Source of the DNA: Psammoneis japonica
Taxonomy: Eukaryota
Direction of reading: 5' to 3'
Length of the DNA stretch: 58,534 nucleotides
Assembly: GCA_008632985.1 (NCBI GenBank)
Contig: QPGO01000153.1
Coordinates: 124,001-182,534, forward strand
Position 1 is the first letter of the stretch; every line of letters begins with the position of its first letter. Below are positions 22,359-36,023 of the stretch, piece by piece. The position numbers and the translations under genes are program-made. Under the pieces are notes generated by a model. It did not search any database and was not told the origin of the DNA. It saw only the letters and a program-made list of their open reading frames with translations.

Positions 22359-24942
22359 TCATACGACAATGAATTCATCATTAGCCGTATAGTATCGTCT
22401 GCCGCCCTTGCGACGATATTTTCGTCCTTTGTTGTAGCGGCGGCGGTACCACTTGTTATTGTTTGGACGAAGCCACCATGGACCCTTTTTGGTGGGAGTG
22501 CCCTTTATTGGACGAGAGGGTCCCCAGTTGGTAGGGGAAGGCTTTAGAGGCTTTGCTGGGGGCGGTCCCCAAATCCATCGTCGCGTGGGTCGAGGAGTAG
22601 GTGGGTTGTCTGGCAATGGCGAGGCGGAGCGTTGGAAATAGAAGGGGAGTTTGAGGGTTCGCTACTTGGACGACGTTCCGATGGTGTGTTGGATGGTGTT
22701 GGACGGAACGATGCTGGGCTCACTGCTTGGGGACCCTGAAGGCTCACTGCTTTGAAGTTTCGATGGTGTGTAAGAAGGGGTGTTGGATGGCGCACTGGAC
22801 GGAACGATGCTGGGCTCAAACGAAGGAAGCGCGGTTGGGAAAGCCACAGGAGGCAGTATATAATCCCCTCGGTCGGTGACAAAGAAGGAATGCTGCTTGG
22901 ACTCACTGACGGCAAATCACTCGGGCTTGCAAATGGAAGAGAGCTAGGGGTGATCGAAGGAGAGGTTGAAGGTTGCATAGTGCCTGCTTGCGCTATTGCG
23001 GCGTTAACGGCAGCCTCTCCGTCAATGAGGCCGTAACCACTGTCAAAGTCAAAGCCAGCAACATCCATATTGATTGCAGTGTTCTCCAATATAGAGTATA
23101 TCTGAGCTGGTGTCAACGTTGGGTTGACCTGAAGTAACAGAATAGCCACTGCTGCTGCGTTTGGCGCGGCAGCCGAGGTTCCTAGGGCAAGCAACATTAT
23201 GCGTCGTTAGAAAAAGAAGCTACATGATTTAGAAAAAGATAGAACACAGACCAACTTACCGGCAAAGTAGTACCCAAAGCCATTTGGTGAATAGGAAGTG
23301 AAGCTTCCAAAGAAAGTGTTGATACAACGATCGGGTGCTACAAAGCGGGGTTGATTTCTAATTTCATCTGTCGGCTTTCTTGATCCATCTCGCTCAAATA
23401 GAACTGGCGTACCACCGCGACTAGAAAACGACTCCAAGAGTGGAGGGTCTATCCCAAAGGCTGGTGTTTCTTGAAAAAAGGATGCACCGACAGCAGCAGT
23501 GAACCTCTGGTTCTTATGCCCGAAAGAAGTTGACGATTGAGTGTCGAAATCAACAATGTCGACGATGTTGCTAAAACCAATCCATTTCATTCGGGGAGAA
23601 GTGGCGACGGTGGTGCATAAAGAAATTCAAGTTCCACTTCAATGTTGGTGAAGAAAAGCATTGGTCACAAAAAGAAGGACGGCTGGTCATTACCGGTTTC
23701 AATTGAAATGTCTTGGGTTCTCAAAGTTCCGTCGGAATTGTAAATGCGGACATCCATGTCTAGGGATGCACCAGGGGAGCCACTTACAGAGAAGAACGGA
23801 TCTTCCCACTGAAAGCTGATTCGCGATGTACCAGGACGGATCTCGACTCTTTGGCGAGTCACGCCAGGACTGAATTCATGGATTTCGCATCCTTTGGCAT
23901 CAGAAACTCCGGAGCCAGAAAAGTTCCTTCCCAGGAAATTTTCCAGCGTTCCCGACAGATGAAAAGTAAGGGACACCTCTTCCCTCTGCCACATCATTTG
24001 CCGACTGTGCAATTACTCCGTCCTGGAAAAATGGCTCAAGCAAGTTAACTGGCAACCATGGAGTAGAGTTGGACGGGAAAGCTGTGAAAACGAATCTCTG
24101 CGGGTGGCATGCACGTCACGTTGACAGGCCACACCAAGACTTACCTACGTCATCGACAATGACATTGCATCCAGCATTAGCCAGCGCCGTGATGCCGCTC
24201 GCAAATCGTCCGCTCCTTCAAATGCCGTATAAAACAAAATTTCTGCGCCTGGGATCAGGTCATGGACTAGTTGCGCCATGGCTCGCCCTTCATCACTCCC
24301 AAGCCTCGACAGCTCTTTGATGATTGTGACACCTGCTAGGGGCAAATCTCCAGAATCCTGATCGTCCGAAAGCCCACCTAGAGTATTGAAGCTGTCTGAT
24401 AGGATTCCAATCTTTAACCCAGACCCCGTCAAAGTGCATCTGCTTGACGCACAAGATCGATTCGAAGAGCCTGTAGTGCCTCACTCACAACCGAACCGGC
24501 CTGTTCTGACACAGAAACAGACGGACGAATAGCTCTGACCTCATCTCGAGCCTCAAACTCAGGAAATTTCTCGATTGGTAGGTATCCGCAGCATCGGTGC
24601 TTACTGCATCCGGTGACGTCGAAATCGAAGTCATCAAAAGCTGTCTTTAGGAGTTCCACAGCGCCTTCGTCGTCTGCGGCTGGTGTCACTTCCACCAATA
24701 TAGCACTCTTGTCTTTGTTCCACGAAAATGCGTCTAGTAATGGAGTTGATACGGAAGATTGGTCTGCTTCTGGCTCAACGCCCTTCGCTGACATGTATTC
24801 GTCGTAATGTTGCGAAGCATTCCGTTGGTCTGCTTTTCTTCATCTTGCGACGCTTGCACGATCCAGATGGTCTTCCCGAGAGCAAAATACCCACAATGCT
24901 CACAGCCACGAGCAATGAGCTCGAATGAACTTTGTTTCTCAT
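22359..24942 (-). CDS. Secreted subtilase (S8-like) with Ser/Pro/Thr-rich stalk and basic Trp/Tyr-rich tail; several frameshifts
   Basis: Signal peptide; KIGILSDSF, DEGRAMAQLVHD, FSSRGG, FVAPD, FAGTSAAAP (across intron 23259-23182), GFDFDSGYGLID; PSxxPS repeats. Confidence 0.75.
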
Positions 24943-25755
24943 GGCTACGAATAAAAAGCGAGGTTCGCAAGACAATTACAGTACTGCTGTTGTTGTTGTT
25001 GTTGTCCATACAAGAACTCCTTTTATGGCTTGCGTAAGATAATGGACTCCTTGAAAGGAGTATGTTGCAAAGAATTCGAAACAATGAAACGATTGTTGGG
25101 CCTCAGTAAATATTCTGATTAGTGATTAAGGAAACATTCTTTGGTTGATCCCTATGTAACTCCACGCAATGACATTTTAAACTTGATAGAATAGAAGAAA
25201 TTTGGAAAGGGGCAATGAAAATAAGTAATGGATCCATTAAGTAGGCTTAACGAAAATAGCAATAAAAAAGTACATTGTTTCGATAGTGTAGAAAGAATTA
25301 TATGATTACTATATCAAAATAAACTTTATTAATGACATATGTAAACGTACATATATGATTAGTTTTCCCGCCAAAAATGCCATGCACAATTCGAGCTTGC
25401 TTGCGTCCATTTCAGTTGGGCCGCGCGGCCGTACCGTACCGTACTGTACAGTACCGCCCGGCACCGTAGGCCCCCATGCCATGTGCTGCGCTGGTGGCAC
25501 GATTTCGAACGCACGGGCACAGCAGTCCTGCCGGCACGGTAGAGCACAAAAAAAAGAATTCGAGCATCACACTTGCCTGCAGCAGTGCCCAGTCTGTTGG
25601 TGATCTTGGTGATCGCACAGTGCGCATTCGTGCAGTGTGCTTGCTCCTTGTCAACGAATGTGTTGAGAGATGTCAGCTGTCCACATTCCCCCATTAAAAG
25701 CGCTGTGCTGCTGTTCGAGATAAATTTGCACACTTCGCACATTTTTTTTTAATTT

Positions 25756-26260
25756 TCAGCACCTTGAAAACTTTCTGCACATTCTGACAAATTCGTGGCA
25801 CCGCTTGTGCTCAGAACCCAACAGAACAACAACATGACCATGGCACAAATGCCGTTTGTTGAGCGCAATGGAGGTGGCACATCGTCAAAGTCTCTTCGCA
25901 AGATCATCTCAGCTGTCATGCTCGACAAACTTTCGAAGAGAGTTGAGCACCATGCACCCCACATTGCGCTCAACGAATGGCACTTGTGCCATTTTCATGA
26001 TTGCACTTGCACGGTGAGTGCAAATGCTCACATCAGTTTTTTCCACAAATGATGCATGATTGAGCAAAACCATGGCTCTCATTCAACGCTCTTTCAACAC
26101 ACACATGTGAAAAACGAGGGCATTTGCTGACTTGTGAAGGTGCTCAGTTTTTAAAAAAGGTGCTGGATTTTTAAATCTTTTTAAAAGGTGCTAAAAATGA
26201 ACAAAGGTGCCAACGTTTTGGGTGTTTTTTTAAAAGGTGCTGGGTTTTCAAGGGTGCTGA
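25756..26260. mobile_element. MITE-like element with terminal inverted repeats
   Basis: TCAGCACCTTGAAAAC (25756-25771) is inverted at GTTTTCAAGGGTGCTGA (26244-26260, one extra base); several subterminal AAGGTGCT repeats at 26137-26258; no clear TSD. Confidence 0.5.
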
Positions 26261-27024
26261 GAGCAGCACGTCATCTGTTCGTGCGCGGTGGCCCCACGAA
26301 ACCGGAGTGCTGGCATGCGTGGGCAACGCCACTTTTTGGGTTTGGTGGTGTGGCACAAAAAATGGATTTCCACATGGATTTGTGTGCACAGCTTTGAACA
26401 AACAAAAAACAGCTGTGTCTGCTGACCACAATGGGCGTTCAAGGCAACGGCGGTGTGGTCCTCCCCACAGCATCTCCCGTCTGCAACATGTTTCTGCTCT
26501 TGACCTGAACAGCACTGGTTGGTTGTGAAAATTTTCACATTTGTGCTGATTGTTTCCACAATTGCTCAATTTCTGCAAATGCCAATTTTGTGAGTCTTTT
26601 GATGATTTTTAACAAATTGACAATCAAATTTTTTGTGCTCATTTGAAGTCCCTCTCTGCTGAGGACAATGACTGTTGCACCCCTGAAAAAGATGATGGCT
26701 TGCAATGCTTTGATGCACTGGACCAAGTGGGGATGGAAGAAGCTCAACTGTTGCAGCCACCATGCGTTCATAAAACCAATGCTGCCAAGAAGCTTCATCC
26801 AGTTGAGGAAGAGTTGGCTGTGATGATGAAGAAGCAACATCTCTCTCGCAGTTTGTGCAAGGCCTTTCTGTCTTGGGCCAGACATGCCAAGGAGAGTGAC
26901 TGCGAGTGCAAGCATTTGTCCTTCTTTGCTGCCTTGCAAGATGCACAAAAGCCAGGTGTGCTCATTGTGTGGTGCCAAATCCCATCCACTCTGCTGTGCA
27001 TGTGGCACCCGAATTCTCCCCAAA

Positions 27025-30000
27025 GCACATCTGGGACACCAACAACCTGGGTGTCGCACCTGCTGTCAAGATTTTGTGAATCAAAACCAGGCAAATTCTT
27101 TGTTTGGTCCAAGATTGTGCCAATTTGCCAAATCTGCATTTGTGAAATGTTCAAAAACAAATGTCTTCATTCCTGAAGTTGACAATTTCTCTGCCACATG
27201 TGCAAGTCTGCTGTGTGGATTGTGTTCATGTCAAATCTTGAATGAAGCATCTCCCACTTTCCTGGTCCCAAAACTCTGCAGCCACACATCAAGTTAGATT
27301 CTTCTTGCCTCCAATTTTTTTCTCCCTGTCCATGCCATTCTTTGCTTTTGTGCAATGCCCCCTGTGCATTGCTCTTCTTCATTTGCTCCCATCTTGCGGC
27401 CCTGCTCTTCACCAAGTGATTGCTCTGCAAAGCAAGATTGATGTTTGCTTTCAATGCATTCCTTCCATCACATTCTTGTCTTGATGTTTCTCCAGCATGC
27501 TTCATTGGCAATGCAGTCCAATGGTCTTGTTGTTCATCCTTGGTGCAAACATTCTGGGTTTCTTTCCAAGCACAGTCTCAGTCAGCATGTTGCCCACCAA
27601 CTGCCTCCCTTCCATTGGTCCAACCAAGTCTTTCAGTTCTCTGCATTGCAAACAATGTTGCTCTGACTTGGAAATCCAGTTGCAGTGTCACCTTTCTCAT
27701 CACTGCACTGCTTCCACTGTTTTCCCTTTGCCAGCAACACAGCTGTGCTCAAGAACAGAATCATCCTCCCTGTCTGGTCAGACATTCGTTTCTTTGCTTC
27801 CCTGGGATGCTGCCTCTGTTGCCTCACTTGGGTCCAACACCAACAGACCCAAATGTCCTCACTGCCAAGTTCTCTTTTCCAACATTGCCCTGCAACTCCA
27901 GAAGTGTGCACCCTGCTGTGAGAAGGAGGAAGTGTCCTTTGATGCTCTGCTGCTGTCTCAAATGCATCAATTCATTTTCCCCTCAAGACAATGACACATT
28001 TGGTGACAGTGACTGCAACTCAATGTTTGGTTTTGCCAAGGATGAACCCCAGCCTCTCCTTCCTGAAGTCTGCTTGAATCTGGATCCAGCTCCTCCCGTG
28101 CAACCCGACAATGCTTGTCCTGCCAGCTCCTGCACCTCCAGTGGAAACAGTCTGTGCCCCCCCCCTGTCAGATGCTCTGGTTGCTTGCACGCCACTGCCA
28201 ATGCAGCTGCCACCAATGCAGCCACAGTGAATGCCCGCTGATTTGTCTTGTTTGCTGATGACAGTGTGTCTGCCCTTGGAGAGGACAGTCCTGTGAAAGA
28301 AGAGGGGGTGGTCAATTCAGCCTTGAACAAACAATCATTGTGGGGTTATGAGCAAATCTTAAAACCACATGAATCTGCAGTTGTGTCAGAAAAGAAGATG
28401 GAATGGGGTGCACACAATTGCAAGCAAACAACTCTGGGGCCAGGAAAACAATGGAAAGCTGCACAAATCTGTGGTTGCATGTGTGGATCACTTGTGATGG
28501 AACACAATTCAAAATGGTGGAAGTTTTTGAAAAATTCAAATGTTGAGTTAGACACACATGCACTCAAAAATGATGCATGCACTCAAAAATGACACAAACA
28601 CCAGGTTGAATCAATGTGGGAGAAGTGAGCAGTGGCAAAATGGAGAAGAACACTTGCAAAATGCACTCATTTTGTGACTTCTTGTGTCATGAACCAGACG
28701 CAATGTGGCAAACAGTGCAACACAAGAGCCGCCAGTTGGAACGCGAAAGAAGATGGGAGATGGAGGAAACAGTTGCCACAAGAGTGAAAATGCAAGATGG
28801 TGGAGCACAATGTCAAGCAGCAAGTTGGGCAGAAGGGGGCAGGACAAAGACCAACAGTTGTGCCAACAAGTCAGAGTTGGCCACTTTGGCATGCTTTGCA
28901 GTTGCCGCGAGTCCTGCAGCAGTGGCGCGTTGTTGTTCAATGTGCAAACAAACAAGTGCAGGGAATTGAGCCAATTCCAGTTGGTGGGCAGGGATTCAAG
29001 TCCTGTTGTGACTCCTGCGGAAAGATGTCATGTGATGGATTGAGCTCCAGCAGTTGGCCAGAAATTGACAGGGTCCATGTTGACAAAGGTGGTCAATGAA
29101 AGTGTGTGGCTGCATCCCAAGTTCACAGTCTTTGATGGAGAACTGGAAGTGGGAGGAGCACGCATGAAAATGTTTCTGCGGGAGTCAAGGAGCATGGCAT
29201 CTGCACCAGAGGCATTCTGGGATGCATGCAAAGAGGTCTTCAGGAAAAATGCCAACTGCTGAAGGAACAGTGCAGGACAACACAAGGAGGAGGATGACAG
29301 GTGAGCAACACAGTGCATGTGTTTGACAGTCATGGACAGGATTGTTCAGCAGGTCTCAAGTTTGAGAGCTCTGTTGTTTTCATCAGTGCAGTTGCAGCTT
29401 TGGAGGGGTTGATGGTTGAGTGCAATGATTTGATCAAGGGCAGGGCTGACAAAGACATGTGTGCATGGTTCTTGGAAACAGCAGTGCTGACTGTGGTGGG
29501 CCAAGTTCAGTTTGGCAGAAGCACAATGGATTTGCTCCAAGAGCAGCTCACCATGTCATTGGAGAACTTTGCTCTGCTGGCACACTCAAGCTGCTGTGAC
29601 AAGGTGGGTGACATGGCAGAAAAATTGAAGAACAGTGACATTGCAAGGCAATGAAAGCTGACACAGCAGAAGATGCTGCAGCTGCAAAACACACGGCAAT
29701 GGCTGTGGGGGGATTGGCTGAGAGGAACCAAGGGTGAAACAACAAGGAGGGGTCAAGAAGCACAATGAGCTGCACAATTGGGAGATGAAAGACTGAGAGA
29801 ACAACAAAGGATTTGGTGCATGGCTCAGGAATGGAGACAAGAGAAGGCAAGTTTGTCCAAGGAGGCAGAGAAGAAATGCAAGAGAGAAGACAAGAGAAAG
29901 GAGAGAGAGGACAGATGTGCCACGCCGATGGGAGAGGACCTGCCCTTTTGCCAGTGGCTGCCAGCAGTGGCACAGAAGTGATTGCAGCCATGGCAACAAG

Positions 30001-30445
30001 CCAAATGGTTGTGTGAACATAAGTTGCAGCAAACAACAAAATCCAGAACACAGCAAAAACAAAGATGCAAGCTGCAAGGCATTTGCAAGTCAAGAACAAA
30101 CAGCAGTTGCAACATTTGCATTTTTTAAAAACAACAATGCAAAGAGACAAAATGCAGAAGGACACCACAGGCAAGGATGGTGGGTTGCAAGTGGCAGGAG
30201 ATGTGATGAAGGAACAAGGAACAGCAAATATAAAAGGGCTGGCTGAGATTAAAATCATGGGCAAGAATGTTCATGCTTCAAAGTGGGGTGTGATTTAGAA
30301 TCAAGAAGCTTTTGAACTTGGTTGGTTCTGAACTGATGTGTTCAAAGAAAGATTTGGCTCACAAGTCCACAACAATCTGGGATTGCAGTCAAGAAACACC
30401 CAGATATGACAGGTGGTCAGACCCAGATTGTTGGTGCCCCAGATG
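27025..30445 (+). repeat. Copy A of a dispersed transposon segment
   Basis: Colinear with 44573-45830 and 47750-49803, e.g. GTGTGTCTGCCCTTGGAGAGGACAGTC and CAACAATCTGGGATTGCAGTCAAGAAA are shared. Confidence 0.85.
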
Positions 30446-30599
30446 CCAAGTGCACCAATTTTCCTTTCTGCACCATGTTGGGAGGGTCTTCCACAATTTC
30501 CAGGTTCTCCAGCCTTGCTCGGAAGCAAGCAGAGCACGCATGTCCTCAAATCTTCCCTGGCTGAACTTGGCAATGGCTGCCCTTCTGGGTCACACTTTG

Positions 30600-31620
30600 T
30601 TTGCCTTGTCATGTTGTTTGATGACTCCACTCTTTGTGACAACATGGGTCATCTGCACAAGCACAACCTGTTCTTGCAACTTGGGCAGTTTTGAGCAGCA
30701 GTTGGTGTTGTCACAGTCACTCCCTTTGGTTGACACTGGGCACAGTGCTGCCATGCCCAAAGACCAGCAAAATGAGCAAGCTGCAACAGGAGACATGTGT
30801 TCAATGTCAAGTTCCACCACAGCACACTGCAGGAGAAATTTGCTGAGTTGCTTCACCTTTCAAAGCAGCAAAAGACTGGTTTCCCCATTGCAGCCCCTCT
30901 CCAGGTTTTGTCCATCTTCACTTTCATCTGTGCCTGAGGACAATTGGCAACGCAAAAGGTCACAATGAAATGGCTTGTCACTGCAACTCCCATCCCAGCA
31001 ACACATCTTGGATGAATTGGGGCTGTGACACACCACAGTGCTTTGGCGATGACCCCATGTTCAGCTGCAACATGTGGTGAAACAAGACAATGTCCAGGGG
31101 ACATCATGGGCTGCAACAACAGCTGTGGAGGAAAGGCAAAATGGCAAAGCAACTGCAGCTCACAAACAGTGCTGGGACATTTCACAGCACTTTGCTTGTC
31201 CCATTTTTGGGATGTGCCTCATGGCAGAGGAAGGCATGGCAAGTTTGGCATGCTCCCATGGGAGCTGTTGCATGCCTTGCACTTGGGCCTTTGAAAATCT
31301 CCACTTCATGCCTTCTTCAACCTTTGCCAAGTTCCAGAAACCATGATGTCATGGTGTCGTGACCGTTTTGGTGATGGGGAGTGCACAATGGACAATTGTT
31401 CTTCTGTTGCCTTCAAAAAGCTCCCCAAGGTTTTTGACAAGGCTGAGTTCAAGAAACATTTCAGAGTTGTCACACATGCACCCAGAAGGCAAAGTGAGCG
31501 GAAGATGCCAAGAACTCCATTCAAGAATGGAGTCACCAACCAAACTCATCCATCAGGCCAAGAGCATCCCGATCTTTTGATGGCGACACTTGCTGCAATT
31601 AACCTGGAGACACAGGAGAG
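30600..31620 (+). pseudogene. Plavaka/CACTA(EnSpm)-like transposase relic
   Basis: Degenerate motifs GDIMGCNNSCG, FWDVPHG, PWELLHALHLGL, RQSERKMPRTPFKNG..GQEHPDLL, broken by frameshifts. Confidence 0.6.
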
Positions 31621-34600
31621 TCACTTTTCCCACCTCATGTTCATGTCTTTGGGATTGGATGTGGCATTGTCTCTCTCATCAAACAAGGAAAGCTTTCACA
31701 CTTGGCTTCAGAAATGCACCCTCAAGCACGTCAAATTGTTCCAATTTGTTGTTTGCCCATTCCAAGAGTGCAATTCTTGATCCAGATTTTGCATGTCCAA
31801 GCTCCACAGTTTTCTTCATTTTCTCTTTTGCACTCATCAGTGTGGCAATGCCAACAATTTTTTTGGCAGTTTCTGTGAAGCTCTTCTTCTGAGGATGCTT
31901 TTGAAACAATCCACTAAAAACACAAGTCATTGGCAAGATTGTCTTGACCTTGATGTGGTGAATTGCCACCATGAGGACCTCATGGCAAGGGAATCTAAGA
32001 AGCATCTTCTGGATGTGCTGCCCACACCAGAGCACAAGGCACTGGCATCTCCATCAACATGTCATGGATGCACAGACCCTGTCACTGGATTCAAACCATC
32101 ACACAAACCCATCATGACAGCCACTTGAAATGCAAAAGTGGTGCAGTCTTTAAAGTGTGGAGACAATCAGCTGAATGCTTCATTGCATCCATTTGTTCCT
32201 GGACATTCTTGAGATGACCATGCAGGACAAAATGAAGCCTTTCCCATTGATCTTGTTGACTTTCACTTTGGATGCAATGCTCTGGTTCAGCTGATGATGA
32301 ACATGTCATTCAAAGATGTCATGCAAACTTCCACTCACATCCATGGAAACATGGCAGGAGTTTGCATGACTGGGTCACATGGCAAATTGGGATGAAAATG
32401 CAATGAGCTGCTTGGTTGCAGCTGGGCAACCTCAGAGAATCAAAACAATGGAACAGAAATCCATCATGTGCACCATTCAGTTGCTTTGGAGCTTCACACC
32501 AACCCAAGATTCTCTCTTGAACTTTTTTTGCAGGGGATGAAATGGAGTCTGAAATTTGAGTTGTTGAGGCTGCACAGATGTTGTCCATGGCATTTGTTTT
32601 TCCATCTGTGAGGTTGCCACTTGACCAACTTCAAGACAGTTTTAGAGGACATCACACTCACTTTGTCATCATTCCACTGAGAATTGACTGGTGTGACATG
32701 ACCCTTGACCCTTGCATTGATGGAGGAATGTTTGGACACTGAAAATTTGGATGAGTGCTGGTGACTGTTGACAAGTGTGCAACAGTGGGGCAACTTCAAG
32801 TCAACTGTCACAAAACTGCACATGTCCAAGGCTTTTTGTTCACCATTTCCAATGAAAAGGATCCAACAGAGATCAAATGTTCTGTGCTGTCATCAGGAAG
32901 ATCAACCAACAGCAAGTTGCACTTTGTGAATGCTTTTCTGAAATCTGTCTTGTGTTGTGATGAATCTGTGAGATGGACATGTCCATGAAAAATTCTTGAA
33001 ATGGCAAAGCAGCAGTTGTGGCTTGTCTCCATTGCAGTTGTCAACAGATGCATCATCAATGAAAATCTCAGCTTTTTCTTCCCTGCACCACTCTTCTTCT
33101 CCAACAACGTTTGCCTCTTTGACAATGTTCTTGGCCAGAGATCCCACCTCTTTCACTGCACTCTCAGCCAGATTCCCAACAACGTCATTGCCCAGCAGAG
33201 CAACAAGATTGCCAGCCTGACAGAGGATCCCAGGTTGGCAGCCAGCACTGCAGCAGCTTGGGCTGCAGAGCCTGGATGTCCCTGAGGGCTCATCCTGGTG
33301 CCTTGCCTTGAAGAAAGTTGAGCTTGAGCTTTGCGAGCCCCACCTCTGTGGCGCGGTTGGCAGCACTGCAGGCTTCACCACCTCCACCTTGTTTTGGGTG
33401 CTCCTTCTTTTTGGCAGCATGCTTGAAACACAACGAATGGCAAAGGCAGTTGTGAGGGTGTCAATGCAGCATCAAACAGTGAGAGCATCAAGCAGATTGG
33501 GCAGAGCAAAGTCCCAGAACAATTGAAAGAAGATGAAGTGGTGTGCCAACAAGAACATGTCAACATGATGAAAAATTAAATTAAATCTGATTCAAACAGT
33601 TTTTTTGCATGCACATGTTAGTCAGAGGGCAGTGGAGCAGATCAACATTGTCAAATTGGTGCAGAACATCAATGACTTGATGATTCACTCAAGCAATTTC
33701 AAATCATTCAAACCCAGCAAAGATGCTGAGCATGGAATTTAAAACAACAATGGCACTTTAAAAGAGACACCAACAACTGGAGTCACCAGACAGACAGACA
33801 GGCTCAACGTTGTTGTCACAAAAACACAAATCATCATTGCCTCACAAGACACAAAATGCAACACACAGGGCACATCCAACATCCTGACAATGACAGCAGT
33901 GGGGAGAAGGCAATGGCAGAGCCAAGGGGAAGGATGCCAATGTGGGACAAAAGGCAAGAGCAAGCAGCTGAGTGGCAAACAATGCATGGAGCTCAGGCAA
34001 ACAATGTGCAAATGACTGATGCTTTTGCAGGTCTTTTGACACATGGACATCTTGACACACAAAAGCAGAGGAGCTGGAAGAAAAGATGGTGCTGCTTGGG
34101 TGGCACAAAGGTGAGCAGAAACAGCATTTGCACCAAGCCAATTCAAAACAAAACACACAGAGAACTCCAATCTGTCCCACACTGTTTTCTCTTCTTTTGC
34201 AGGCAATGCTTTGGCAAGCCAAAAGCCAAGGAATGATGCAGGAAACAAGAGAAAAGCAGCAACATGGAACAAGATGATTGTGGAGAGCCACAGCAATTGC
34301 AAGGGACAACATCATGTGCTGACAGCAAATCAAGCAAAGAAGAGAGAGCTGATGGAATGCACAAAAGAACAAAGGAGGAAAGAGCAGGAAAGAGATGACA
34401 AAAGCAGATTCAGTGTGAAAAATCAAAAGACAACATGTGAGAATCAGATTGCAATCAGGAGCACACAGCCAATGTGCATGCACACATTGACAAGACATGC
34501 AAACATGAACACATTGTTGTTGCAAGACATGAAAAATGCTGGAAATTTGTTGCACCAACTGTGCGGTTGCTCAGGACAAACAGTTGCAAGTCATGAGCTT

Positions 34601-35818
34601 CATTCATTGTCATTTCCTGCTTTGCATGTCACATTGGTTGTGGACAGCAGAAACCAAACAATGTCAAAAAAAGCACCAATGTTCACTTGTCAAGAAGATC
34701 ATGTGCATCATGAGACAAATTTGATTCAAGTGCCATGCCCCACTTTGCACAGAAGAACAATTGTGGAAAGCCCTTTTGTCACAATTGACCAGCACTCATC
34801 AAGAAGACAGGACACTTGCCCAGCACAGACCAACTCTGAACAATGTTCCATGTGCCTTCTTTTCCACAAAACAACCTGAGAGACTTCAGGACAAAGAGGA
34901 GTGAGCCCACTCCATCCAATCCTTGGGATGATGACAAGCCAGAAGAAGCACACCCAAGAACCAAGCACTCTCCTCTCAAACAAGTGCAAGTTGCTCACTT
35001 GGCACAATGCAGGAAAAGTCTCATGCCTTTGATGTGTTTGGGGAGTTGTCATCTTGCCATCACTTCAACCCATGTGTCTTTTCCTGCAGGTGCTTGCATC
35101 ATGTGTCCCTGCCATTGCTGCTTGATTTTCTGAGTTCAATGGGGGCATGTGCTTGATTGCCCAGACAAGGAGACAATGAAGCAGCTCAAGCAGGTGCTCC
35201 AATTCTTCAGGAGAAAGAGAAGCAAGCCTGTTCCAACCCTTGTGGAGAGCAAGAAGCACTCAAGCCAGCACTCCTTTCAAAATGCAAGTCAACAACTTGG
35301 CGCACTTGTGTCTTGCATTTTGCTGCATTTGGGGTGTCGTCATCTCAAAGTCATCTCAATCTAATGTTTTGCCTTTGTTTGCAGCACTCTCTTTGTTGAT
35401 CAGTGCAGCTCCACTCTGTGGGTTGAGAGATGCTGCAACACAGCTTTGACCATGTTTGATGATGTTTGTTGTGAAGAAAAAAGGGATTTTTGTGAACATT
35501 GCTCTCTTTGTGGGGTTTGTCACTTAGATTGCTGTGGGTTCACTGCTGCATTTTGGTGGAACAAAGATCACCAAACATGATTTTTTTCTGTGACAGCCAC
35601 AGATCCTCATTGTGGAGATCCAGGCAGGATTGGCGCACAACCACCATTTGTTCAATGCATTGTTTGGCAGAGTGAAGATTGCTCGATGACATTTTTTGTG
35701 GATCGGCTGGCGCTCTGGATTGTTGTGGAGATGCAGGTGAGATTGGCATGCACAACAACCCCAGCTCCTCTGACAATGGCAGAAAAATGCAACTGCCCCC
35801 CAACAGCACATGATTGAT

Positions 35819-36023
35819 GCTGTCGAGTTTGTCCAGAGAATCACCCCTCTGTCGCTGTGCGATGGACACAGAAAGTTCGTTGTGCGGGGTTTTTGCTGTT
35901 GAGTTTGTTGGGAGAATCACCCCTGCTGCACAGAAAGCTCATTGTGGGGTTGCTGTTGAGTTTGTCAGGAGCATTGCCCCTGTTGCAATGCAGTGGACAA
36001 AGAAAGTTCATTGTGGGGTTGCT
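35819..36023 (+). repeat. Three degenerate tandem units (~55-75 bp; GCTGTTGAGTTTG...AGAAAG.TCATTGTGGGGTT)
   Basis: Directly visible. Confidence 0.7.

Noticed and set aside
26171..36000. Dense overlapping Cys/His-rich ORFs in all six frames as real metal-binding proteins (also 43.8-51 kb)
   Set aside because: They are explained by loss of TA-containing stop and Tyr codons; there are no coherent gene structures.
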